Positions 9,864-20,000 of a stretch of DNA of 20,000 nucleotides are shown piece after piece. Under the pieces are notes generated by a model. The model saw only the letters and a list, made by a program, of their open reading frames with translations. It searched no databases and had not been told where the DNA came from. Location: assembly GCA_013239625.1 (NCBI GenBank), contig MU054212.1:3460022-3480021 (forward strand), read 5' to 3'. Both the position numbers and the translations under genes were made by a program. Position 1 is the stretch's first letter, and every line of letters starts with the position of its first letter. Source of the stretch: Lama guanicoe. Lineage: Eukaryota.

Positions 9864-10703
9864 AGGACAAGAATTATTTTGAAACATTCCTTTTAATTGA
9901 AGGAAGAAGGAATAGTATGACAGAGTTAATTAAAATACTGTCTGCTATTATCCGTTATGTGGCCCTTTGTAAAAACATAAGACTCTTGCATGCTACATCT
10001 GTGGAAACTATAACCCGAAGCAAAGTGTTTCCTCCAAATTATCTGGTACATGAGACAGAAAAATTTTCCCATACATTGTTTATTGCCACTTCCTGCCAAA
10101 TCAACTTTACAAACAACCCCTCGGGAATCTTAAATGTTGTTGAAACATCCTCCAATTCACAGTCTGCCAACCCGCAGTGGTAAGCTTCTTGGGAGAGCGT
10201 TAGAGCTTACAGTGGGCTGGAAATAGGTAGATACACTTTGCTGCAGGCAGGCCAGGAGCCAGGCTTCCTGAGAACTGAACTCCAGGTAGAATTCATTGTC
10301 TTCAGCTCAACTGCTGAAGGTCAGCCACCACCTGTACTGAGGGCTTGGGTGTGCTCTAACAGCTTCTTTGGGAAATGGTTGAATACTTCCCCTGGCTGTC
10401 AGAAACACGGTAAAGCAGCTCTAGTTGAGAAAGAGAACGTCAATCTCTTTTTCTTGGTCGTAAGGAATTCTGAATCGAGGCTTTTCAGTGTCATGGTTAG
10501 AGAAGATGGTGTGTGCATTACAGACGCAGGTCAAGAACTTAGGCAGAAAGCTTTTCTGAACATGTTCCCAAGGTGAAAATGAGTAAGCCATATTCCGTAT
10601 CTACTTACATATTTATCTCTGGGTCTTTTAGCACTATTCTTATCAATAGGACTTTAAGTAAAAGTTTTCTTTAAATATCCAGCCTCTTTTCAGTTTTGCT
10701 ACC

Positions 10704-10718
10704 AAAAAAAAAAAAAAA
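10704..10718 (+). repeat. Poly(A) mononucleotide run
   Basis: Directly visible. No flanking TSD or SINE body seen. Confidence 0.9.
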
Positions 10719-10909
10719 GTGCTGGAAGAAATAGTACCCCAGAGGCTAGGAGAGTGTTGACAGTAGAAAAAGTGAAGTGTCCCCAAGGTCAAGGTGTAGT
10801 AGAGGGTTAGAGTTGGGAAGACAAGGTTCTACTGGCCATCTTCGTAGTCTTCATCCAGGGTCTGAATTCAAGCAAGGGTTTGATTTTACTAGATGTGGCG
10901 GTGGTTTTT

Positions 10910-10986
10910 CTTATTGCTCTTAGTGTGAAACACTGTACTAGACACTTGGATCATAAAATAAATATGACACAGTGCCTCAAAAGAGA
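10910..10986 (-). mobile_element. L2 3'-end fragment
   Basis: ttattg...cactgtactagacacttggatcataaaataaatatgacacagtgcctcaaaagag resembles the antisense L2 tail (cactgtgctaggcactgggga...ataagacacagtccctgccctcaaggag). Confidence 0.55.
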
Positions 10987-11746
10987 ACAAGTTATCTTGG
11001 CTAATTTGACTTGGCTTTTGTTAACAATTTTGACTTGAAGGATAGTTGTCATGTAGCTATGTCAAAATACAAAGTGATTATTTGGAAGCAGCAATAATAT
11101 TCACAATAAAACCTCACCTAATCTCTGACCCTCTTTCCCCTCCTCCCTCCTCCATACTCATGGATGAGAAATGGGTTGGGGCCAAAGATGGGAGGAGACA
11201 TGCTCATTTTTCATTTCAAACACTTAAAATGTAATAGCTAATTTTTAAGGCCATATATAAAAGCTATCTCACTGTGTATACATCTAAATGGCTTTAAATA
11301 GTCTTCATGGAAAATTATTGGTCTCCTAAAATTTATGGGTCTCAGTAGGAATAAGCAGCATCCACCTGGGTCATCTGGATTACCCTGGAGAGCAGTCCCG
11401 CTGCCTACTTTTGCAAATACTCAGCGTTGAAAAGTTAATGGGAGAACTACTTCAGATCTAGAGCAAACTTGGAGAAGCAAAGTATCATCCATGGTTCCTT
11501 GTGATTCATCTGAGTAGAATCCTGGGTGCGACCAACAACCGATCTGTTGACTTCGTTGATCATGGCTTCCGGGTTACTTTATTGGCCAGATGGCTCTGTG
11601 CACTTCTGATCGTAGAAGCTAAGAGGAATTTGATCAAGATATGCACTCTGGATACATGCTGGTTTCTAATCAACTCCCTCAACAGTTCTTTTCAACTGAG
11701 TGAGATCTGATATTCCTGCCGAATTACTCATCTTCCCACTGCAATG

Positions 11747-11900
11747 CAGCATTCCCCGAAGTATGTGCTACAGAATGTTAGCGTCTTGGATTTTAGAAAG
11801 CATTCTGTGGAAAACAGGTTTACTGATCAAATGAATATGGCAGAGCTTGCCCTAAACAATGTGGAATGGATTTCTTTATTCTAGGATTTCTCAAAACCCC
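11747..11900. mobile_element. hAT-Charlie DNA transposon fragment (MER103C-like)
   Basis: cagcattccccgaagtatgtgctacagaatgttag...tgtggaaaacaggtttactgatcaaatgaatatgg...taaacaa...tttctttattctaggatttctca resembles an ancient Charlie MITE. Subfamily name uncertain. Confidence 0.5.
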
Positions 11901-11924
11901 AGTCATGCAGTCAGGGAAGTGAAT

Positions 11925-12085
11925 TTGCTTTCAGACTTATTTGTGTCTTAACTCTACCTCTTACTAACTTTGACCTTGAGCAAGTTATTTAATCTTTCCA
12001 AGGTTTAATATGCTCATCTCTAAAATCAGGATACAAATACCATATTATAGAATTGGTCAGAATTGGATTAAACAAAATAAAATAC
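11925..12085 (+). mobile_element. MIR SINE
   Basis: ctctacctcttactaactttgaccttgagcaagttatttaatctttcc...ctcatctctaaaatcaggata is the MIR core. Confidence 0.8.
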
Positions 12086-13189
12086 CTAACTAAATTGGTA
12101 ACATTTTCTATTTGTTTTGGGGATTCAATTTATACTATGATGTTTCTACATCACTATGCAATTTAGATTATGTCTTTGGTATACCAAAAGTGTGGATTCA
12201 ATTTCAGTGTACAAACAAAGCAGAGGTACAGCGGATAGCTTGTAATTCTACCTAATCATTCTTCTATTAGATGCCGTGCTGGGAATCACGCTGCAAATCT
12301 TTGGGAATTAGCTGCCCATTTCATGCCCTTTTTTAATGTGACCTTAGTGTTACCCTATACTGGCCATTGATTTTTCTATTGGAATTCTACAGGCCTTTAA
12401 ATGGCCCTGCACTAACGATGCCAATGTATGTTTAAGTACTGAAAAGTTAAAATGGTGCTTCCTGTACACAACGTGTGCTCTTGCAGAGAAGCTAAACCTC
12501 ATTAGAGGCCCTGTTCTTTGTTCTCAAATTACAGTGAGCCGAGTTACCTGGCTTGCCTCTCAAGAGTCATTAGGATATCCGAGCTCTGAATTCCTAGCCA
12601 CTTATTGTCACACCATCCGTCTTCAACAAGGCTCAGTGAATATCTCTGCAGAGGTCACCATATTGGCAATAGTTCAAGTGTTGTTTTCAACCCCAAAAGA
12701 ACTTAAAGTACGCCTTTTTTTTTTTTCTCTTCAGAATCTTTCCAGCCTGTTTCATAACAGATTACATTTCAGGGATGGAGAGGACGTTTAAAATTCTCCA
12801 TTCTCCATCGAACACTTTGTAAGCATGCGCTTAAAAAAGAGAGAATCCTGACGGTAGATGAGAAACCTAGTGACACAGTATTGTTTACCACATCTTACTC
12901 TCTGTCTCTGAATGAGGGGCATCCCATTGTCATGCTACCATAGGCAGGTCTGAAGGATGGCAGCAGGTAAGTACGATGACCTTTTTGTGTGAGAGACTGG
13001 ACTGGATATGAAACTTACTTAAGGAGCTAAATAAATATTGCTTGTTGTTTCCTATTAGGCATATTTGACGTCAAAGGTGGGGAATTCCAAACCCTTGTAG
13101 GACAAACGGGCTGTAATAAAGACTTTCAGGGAGGCTATGGGCTTTGTGTCGCAGGATGACTATCACCTCTAAGTACACAATTTACGCCA

Positions 13190-13925
13190 GTCAATTAATC
13201 TAAAAGTGGTTATTGAGCACACACTCTGTGCCAAGTTCATATGCCAAGCTCCAAGAAGCAGCACAGAGGACCTCTGCCCTCAAAAGTTGACTATCCAAGA
13301 CCTGGAGATTCAAATGATGGAAGGCAAATAAAAGGCAATAGATAAAGGTATGGAGCACACTGCAAATCCTGCAGGAATCCAGAGAGGAAAGATCTTAGTG
13401 GGCTGTCGACAAGCAAGCTGGCTTTCTTGGAGGAGAAGAACTTGGCCTGGAACTTTGAACCACAGTAAGACTGCATTGGCCAAGAAGAGGAGGAAAGAGA
13501 TTCCTGGACATGGAACAAGATTGGGTAAAGAGCAGACTGAGTGAAGAACCCAGTAAAACCATCAGTGTGAGTGAAATGAATTAATAATGATCATTTTGGA
13601 CAGGCAGATTAGAGGACTTGAAGGAAAGCTCCGAATCTGTAGTTTGACCTTGATGGATAGATCATGGGTGATAGTGTAGATTCTTTAGCTAAAAATGATG
13701 ATAAGGGCACAGCACCACAGGAACATAAATTGGACGGTTTTCATACTGGATGGGTTAGAAATGAAGAAGAGAGAGAGAGGTGCCTGGGATGGTCTAAGAC
13801 TGAGGACTTGGATGAAAGTCATAGCAGGGGGTTGGCTAGGAGATGAACAGAGAAACACTGAAAGGGACATTAGGCAGGAACATCTGAGTGATAATCTGAA
13901 ATGCTTAATTAGTGACATGGAGAAA
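13190..13925 (-). mobile_element. L2 LINE (3' portion)
   Basis: Starts with an L2 tail (ttattgagcacacactctgtgccaag...ctctgccctcaaaagttgac) and continues colinearly (ggctttcttggaggag, gattcctggacatggaaca, gaggacttgaa, agtttgacctt). Confidence 0.75.
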
Positions 13926-13959
13926 GTATTACACCTAAGATTCAGCATATGAAACGCTT

Positions 13960-14176
13960 TAAAACTCATGGCTTTTAGAATTACATCTGAACACCCCAGC
14001 TTGCTTCTTAGCAACAGTGTGACCTCAGGAAAATTATTAAATTCTCTGTACCTAAATTTTCCCAAATCTAAAGTGAGATGTAAATTTTTTTTAATGTGAA
14101 GATTAAACAAGATATTGGTAAAATGTCTAACAAGTGCCTGGCACTTACTTGATAGGCACTCAAGAAATAGTAGATC
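13960..14176 (+). mobile_element. MIR SINE lying between L2 fragments
   Basis: ccccagcttgcttcttagcaacagtgtgacctcaggaaaattattaaattctctgtacctaaattttccc...gtgaagattaaacaagata...agtgcctggcac...taggcactcaagaaat. Confidence 0.8.
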
Positions 14177-14252
14177 TTTGTTCCACTTACGTACTCCTAA
14201 GACATTCCATAGGCAGCTGGAAACTGGAAGTCAGGTTCAAGTTCAGTGGCCA

Positions 14253-14612
14253 TGTGATGGTCTGAATGTTTGTGTCCCACCCAAATTCATATGTTGAAAT
14301 CCTAATCTCCAATGCAATGGTACTTTGAGGTGAGGCCTTTAAGAGGTACTAGGTGTTGAGAACGAAGTCCTCATGAATGGAACTACTGCCTTTATAAGAG
14401 GCAGAAAGAGACTTCCCTGGTCCCTTTTACCATGTAAGGCGACAGTGAGAAGATGGCCATCAATGAGGAATTTGGCTCTTACCAGACCCTGAATCTCTCT
14501 GCATCATGATCTTGGACTTCCCACCTCCAGCAGTGTTAGAAATAAATTTCTGTCCTTTATAAGCCACCTAGTATATGGCATCTTGTGATGGATGCTCGAA
14601 TGGACTAAGACA
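14253..14612 (+). mobile_element. MaLR solo LTR, MLT1A0-like, full length
   Basis: TGTGATGGTCTGAATGTTTGTGTCCC...AAATTCATATGTTGAAA...GATCTTGGACTTCCC..CCTCCAG...AGAAATAAATTTCTG...TTTATAAGCCACC...GGACTAAGACA. 5-bp TSD GGCCA/GGCTG. Confidence 0.92.
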
Positions 14613-14915
14613 GGCTGGAAATGTAGTTAGACCTCATCCACATAGAGGTGGTGGTTTGAACCATGTGTGAAACACTCTCCTTGAGGAAATGATTGAGCAA
14701 GTGGAAGAAAAGATCCAAGAGAAAGTTTGGAGGATAAGCCTAAGATGAGAAAAACGAAGAGCGGAATAACGAGAGAGGCCTAGAGAGAATAAAGTCACAG
14801 TCATCAAGTAAAGCAGGAGAGTTAGAGTAAGGTGACCTCCGGTACCCCATGTTGCAGAAAGATGGGGATAAGGACTGCAAAATCGTTCCATTCAACTGGA
14901 GACAGTCAGTGACCA
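14613..14915 (-). mobile_element. L2 LINE continuation (also 14195-14252 before the MLT1A0)
   Basis: aggcagctgga...|ggctggaaatgtag...catagaggtggtggtttgaaccatg...atgttgcagaaagatggggataaggactg...tcagtgacc follows antisense L2. Confidence 0.6.
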
Positions 14916-16079
14916 AAATGCCTGACCTTTGTAATTCTTGTCTCTTGTTGAGACTCCTTTATAGTTCAGGAGAAGACTCAGCGATGCTCACATGGTTACC
15001 AGAACTGTGAATGACATGTGATTCGTTCACCATCACCAAAAATACCTCTTCAGCAGATACGCCACCTGCCACAGAAGGAACAGAGAATCGGGGTCCTTAA
15101 AATACATGCAACCAGCAAGCTATTTTAACATAGAGAAGATAGGAAGCCATGAATTAAAAAAACTACAGTTCCCTGTGATGATTTTTAATAATGCCAAACA
15201 TCAAATATTGGCTTCCCTTGCGTTGGAAAATGAATAGATAAACACTTCTGCAATGACCTGAAGGCTTGGACAGAGAGGATAAATAAATTATTGACACATG
15301 AGGAGTAGACAATTCTCCATCCACCATTGAGCTTTTCATTCTTTGTGGAGCAGATGGTCTAAACAAAGCAGCCAAAAATAACAGGTGGGTTTTATTACAT
15401 TAAGCCACTGAAAACGCAAAGCCTCCACAGTTTAAAAGCATGTTTAAAATATTAGGCCTTAAAACCACCTTTGAAAATGATCTTTCATAGTTACAAAACA
15501 CCTTTGTCCATCTTAGATGATATCAAAGTATAAGGACCAATGTGAGGATGAACACATATTTAGAGACAGCAGGGGTGAGACAGCTTGGAAGAAACAGCTG
15601 CTCTTTATGGAAATGGTTTACACAGGGTTGTTAAACCATGTTGATAGAGTCTAACTGATATGGATAACATCACCTCTTCTGGGACCAAACAAAGCTTGGG
15701 TCTAAGTCATTGCTGCCATAAACACGGCTGTCTCAGATGCCCGGCACATCTCCATCCCCTACACAGAAGGCAGCCACAAAGAACTCAAATACCTTATTCC
15801 TCCTATAATTCGTCAGATACCTAAGTCCAATGATAGAAGTCAAACTGCAGTCCAGTAACATCTATCCTACATCATTCTCTGTATTTGTCTTACAGTGTAT
15901 TGTTTTCATAAGTCAGGGGAGGAAAAAGAGTCTGTGAGGTGGGATGAGATGAAGGAAAATACGATGTCATCGATGGAGGAGACAGTGCAGCTTTTTTTTC
16001 CCCAGAGATTAATTCTTTTTTATAGTTTACTTATTAGCTATATGCATTTGATGACTAGTATTTTCAGATTAAAGTAATG

Positions 16080-16175
16080 TCTCCTTACCTCCCTTTTCCA
16101 GTCTCCCATCTCCCTAGAAAAACCACCATTAGTATTTTTAGGAGCAGCCTTCAAAATCTGTGCATGTATATAAAC
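16080..16175 (-). mobile_element. Old L1 (L1ME-like) 3' UTR fragment
   Basis: ctccctagaaaaaccaccattagtatttt...gccttcaaaatc...tgcatgtata resembles antisense L1ME 3' UTR. Short and diverged. Confidence 0.35.
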
Positions 16176-16792
16176 AGTTGAAGAAATCTTCAAATCTTTA
16201 AACCTATAATAAATTTTAAGAATCTTTTACATTTATAAAACATCTCCATTCTTCTTGAATAATTGAAAACCACAGGCACCTTCCTGGGTATGAAGCATGA
16301 ATGATAAAAAATGAGATTATGTCTCCACTTAATGTTTGCAACTTGCTTCTTAAAAAAATTCAGCCCTGCCTCATGGACTTCTTTCATCATCAGCATGTGG
16401 AAATCCACTTCTTTACAAAACCATTTACAGCTCATTTAGTTTCCTTCATGAACAAATCCAGGGTCACAAATGAAAGACAAGAGAGAAGTGCCTACTATAA
16501 CCTTCCAAGATGATCTAATGACCAGATTCATGAAATGCTGAAATACGGACCTGACTCTCTGGCCTCTCATTCTTTGCCATTCAGAGTGAAAGGGAGGAAT
16601 CTTGGAAATGACAACAGATGACCTTCTTGGGTCTCGGAGAGGCCCAGGGAATGTAATTTCAGAGCAGAGAATGAAAAAATATCTTTTCTGCTGTTTTCTC
16701 CAAAAGGGTTTATGAAGTGCTTACTGAGTCCCAGGTACTCTAGGGTGTGACATCAATCTATTGAAGCTGATACAAGTCCAACTCCTCTGCAA

Positions 16793-16917
16793 CAGTGGTT
16801 TTAAATTTGGTGCCCATGGATCTATTGGTGTATGAATGTTTCAGAGAGCCCATGAAATTTCTACATTTCTCTCTACGTGGTTTATTGAAGAGAGGAATCA
16901 GAGATTAAGAATAAATG
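16793..16917. mobile_element. hAT-Charlie MITE (internally deleted, ancient)
   Basis: Ends CAGTGGTTTT...TTAAGAATAAATG resemble Charlie TIRs (CAGTGGTTCT...TTAAGAACCACTG). The 8-bp flanks ctctgcaa/ctctagta partly match. Confidence 0.45.
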
Positions 16918-18922
16918 CTCTAGTACAAGGTAATCTTGAAATTGTCACAAGGTCAATAAATACATTTGGGTGTTAAAAAAAATAAGTGTTCTAGAAGCTC
17001 TTTATCTAAATAATTCTTAAGAGACAAATAATAAAAAGAAATACCTACATGAAATGTTAATGTTTTTGTAATAACACCTCAAAAAAATCATGAGCTGAAG
17101 GGAAACTTCTTAACCCATTTAAAATAGGAAATAAAAATTTGTTCTTTTAAGTTTTACAAATTTTACATTAGATTCCCCCAGCCAAGAAGGCTCAGAAACG
17201 TGACTTGCTCTATAAAATTACTCAAAATTCACGAATGTACAATCACCCACTGGGCTGGTGGACATGTTCTCCGACTCTCTGAGTTCTATGTGTAGCAGTG
17301 GAGGCTGGAAGAATGACCCCAATCTGAATGCCAAGCTAATCTTTTTCTAAATCCCCGACAAAGAAAAGCAAGTTAACATCTATAGGACAGAACAGTACCA
17401 CTCTTTGGAAATTATAGCAAAACATCAGATGGGTCATGGTACTTTTTACTTCTTCTCTTAGAACAATTAACTCTTAGAAGCCAAGGAAAAATAATGTGTG
17501 TATTACCATTATTTAAAAGTCTTTGAATCAGCTTCTGGGTTTGCAGGTATGAGGAGAAGGTCAAGTAGAAAGCCCACCAGTTAGAGCTTTTCAAATTTCT
17601 CAAGCTGGCATCTCATCAACCATATCGTAGAGCAAACTGACATACGACCTCCTTTCAGAGTAATAAATTTCCAAGTAACAGTACTCTGTTGACTTCGTAC
17701 TTTCTAACGAAGACTCCATGATTTGACACTAAGGTTCCCGGTCTTTTCTCATGACACTGACACATCAGAATTTCAAGGATGTTAAGCTTTTGCGAAAAAT
17801 AAACTAGATCACCTTTGGGGTGAAAAAAAAAATTGTGATTGTGGTAAGCTAAGGAAAGGAACTTAAAGCTAGAGAGCTCATCTTTTTTAAAAACACCAAA
17901 CTCTCTACTTTCATTTGTGTTTCTCAAGTACCAAATTGGTCACTGCTCATTTATGACGGAGTATTAACTCTTAAAAAGGCATGTCTCTTTTTCACTTTTT
18001 TTTTTCCAAAATTGCACTAGATTTGATCGGAATGGGAGGATAAATAATAGAACAAGTGAGTTAAGTTTCTCCTTTCACCCCTAAGTCTACTTTTCTTTCT
18101 GATCTAATGCAAGAATACTGTCTTTCCCAATCCCCGCCTCACCCCCACTTTTGGACTCTATTTGTTTCATCTTTCTGAAAACTAGCTGACTTTATGCTAC
18201 TGTTCTCATCCTCATCCAGAAACAAAGGAAGCATTCTCCACTGAGAAAAATTTTCAGATGAAAAGCTACGAAGTAGTGAGTTAAAAGATGTGACCACAAC
18301 AGTTGGCCTACCTGGCATTGTCCTAAGCGCAGGAACACAATTCACTACTTTCCGTTCTGGCGCTCCACCTTTCCACATGCATTACTATAAATCTGGAGCC
18401 AACAGGTCTCCGATGGCTCAGGCATCGCTCGGTCTTAATGCCGCCTGTGAGACACCGTGTTCTGTTTTCCATAAGCAGTGAATGGGGTCGCGTGCTTTTC
18501 AGCTTCCCAAATTTACTAGGATATAGATTACCTGAAACAGACCTGTCAGCCCACAGAGCTGCTGTCACAAGCCTGCCTACAAGGCGAACGGTATTAAGGC
18601 GCAGGCTTCATTTATCTTTGTGACTGAGCTGTTGATCTCCACCACGCCCTGACTAATGAAGAGACACTTGAAACGCTCGCTAACACTGGTCTGCAACACA
18701 TAGTTGATTAATAATGGAGCCCCAAACCTTTATTCTGTGAGTCCTACACTGTAAAGGCACTGAGTAACTGTGATGTTTCCTCGTTTCCACCAAGGGTAGC
18801 AACTCTTGCAGATTCACAAAACAGCAGACCCTCTCTTCCTCAGCTCCTCTTTCCCCCCCTTTCTCTCCATCCCCCAACTATCACCCAAAGTCCAATAGGA
18901 CGACATTTCAAAGCTGTCATCT

Positions 18923-19319
18923 TGATATCACTCATATGTGGAATTAAAAAAAAAAAAAGAAAAAAAAAGGACACTATGAACTCATCTACAAAACAGAAGC
19001 AGACTTGCAGACATAGCAAACAATCTTAGGGTCACTGGGGAAAGGGGGTGGGAAGGGACAAATTTGAGGGTTTCAGATTTGCAAATGTTAGCCACTATAT
19101 ATCAAAATAGATTAAAAAATCATTTCAATACATTGGGAGTTCGAGATTTGCAGATACTAACTACTACATGTAAGATAGATAAACAACAAGGTCCTACTGT
19201 ATAGCACAGAGAGCTGTATTCAATTCCTTGTAGTAACCTATAATGAGGAAGAATATGAAAATGAATATATGTATGTACATGTATGACTGAAACACGCTGT
19301 ACACCAGACACGGACACAA
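18923..19319 (+). mobile_element. L1 LINE 3' UTR (camelid/cetartiodactyl type), composite of two overlapping segments, lacking the extreme 3' end
   Basis: tgatatcactcatatgtggaat...atgaactcatctacaaaacagaa..agact..cagacatag...caaggtcctactgtatagcacag...tgtagtaacctataatg...aatgaatatatgtatgta..tgactgaa..gctgtacaccag are characteristic artiodactyl/camelid L1 3' UTR motifs. Confidence 0.9.
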
Positions 19320-19334
19320 GAATATGGGGTTCTT

Positions 19335-19392
19335 TTTTTTAACATTTTTTATTGATTTATAATCATTTTACAATGTTGTGTCAAATTCCAGT
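19335..19392 (-). mobile_element. Young, extremely 5'-truncated L1 insertion (58 bp)
   Basis: Perfect 17-bp TSD AAGAATATGGGGTTCTT at 19318-19334 and 19393-19409. The insert reverse complement is actggaatttgacacaacattgtaaaatgattataaatcaataaaaaatgtt + poly(A), recognised as a young camelid L1 terminus. Confidence 0.9.
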
Positions 19393-19910
19393 AAGAATAT
19401 GGGGTTCTTGTAAACATCTGGCAAACTTAATGATTTGGACATCCATTTATACGAAGACTGGTCCTGTTAAAAGTGCAGGATTGATCAATTAAAGGACACT
19501 GTCTCTCATCTTATCTTTCTAACACTATTTAAATGCAACTGATATCCTTCCTTGCCTTAGAGAGGGCTGATTCAGACAATTTGAGAGAAATAATTGTTCA
19601 CCTGTAGAATGCATCTGTCAATGAGAGTCTCTCCTTCTTTCTGTACAGTCATATTTTGTAGCCAAGAAGTTCTTTGATTTACTCCTTTTCCTTTCCTTTA
19701 CTCCTGCTAAAATGAATCATTTTTTTTCTTTTATAGGTGCCAAAAATGTTAGCATTTCGAAGACCACCTTTTCACTGCTCTAACAGACCAGGGGTTGAAG
19801 CAGGGCAGGGAAAGTCCTATATAACCCACTCACCCCTCCTCCCACCCCAAAAGGGAGTCCATTGGTTAGAAGATAAAGAGAGTCACCAAAGATATGAAAA
19901 GAAGGTTTCT

Positions 19911-20000
19911 ACACAACATTGTAAATCAATTATACTTCAATTTAAAAAACTAACTAACTAACTAAATGCATAAAATTAGATGTTAAAATAAAAAAATAAA
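19911..20000 (+). mobile_element. L1 extreme 3' end with A-rich/(AACT)n tail
   Basis: acacaacattgtaaatcaattatacttcaatttaaaaaa is the artiodactyl L1 terminus, followed by (AACT)4 and A-rich sequence to the window end. Confidence 0.8.

Noticed and set aside
9842..10576. ORFs of 113 and 112 aa
   Set aside because: Non-ATG starts and no domain similarity. The first begins inside the retroposed insert. Minus-strand exon-like segments here have stops in all frames.
13291..14891. Several 60-141 aa ORFs
   Set aside because: All lie within decayed L2, MIR or MLT1A0 sequence.
15058..15073. CTCF-like core (GCAGGTGGCG on the minus strand)
   Set aside because: It lacks the upstream CC of the CTCF consensus, and a single partial motif is insufficient.
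18143..18240. Minus-strand 98-nt exon candidate with one open frame (WRMLPLFLDEDENSSIKSASFQKDETNRVQKW)
   Set aside because: Modest splice signals, no partner exons in the window and no recognisable protein.
1..20000. Prokaryotic-type systems (CRISPR arrays, operons, defence islands) and tRNA/rRNA genes
   Set aside because: The sequence is mammalian repeat-rich non-coding DNA. The direct repeats are paired TSDs rather than arrays, and no structured RNA gene was recognised.

Overview
Mammalian nuclear DNA, most likely from a camelid (alpaca, llama or camel). The assignment comes from recognising the L1 3'-end sequences at 18.9-20 kb, not from a database search. The window looks intronic or intergenic and contains no recognisable protein-coding gene; the six-frame ORFs appear to be chance ORFs, many inside repeats. 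Identifiable content: ancient repeats (MIR, L2, hAT-Charlie MER5-type elements, MaLR LTRs of MLT1C and MLT1A0 type), three ERV1-class solo LTRs at 2.3-4.7 kb (one nested in another, target-site duplications still visible), and several L1 3' fragments including a very young 58-bp insertion with a perfect 17-bp TSD. The most interesting non-routine observations are (i) an isolated ~200-bp CpG-dense block inside a splice-site-bounded exon candidate (120-406) and (ii) an 83-bp polyadenylated insertion of unrecognised sequence with a 17-bp TSD (9764-9880), probably a tiny retrocopy. I found no support for a novel multi-gene system. Repeat subfamily names are from remembered consensus sequences and need RepeatMasker/Dfam confirmation.
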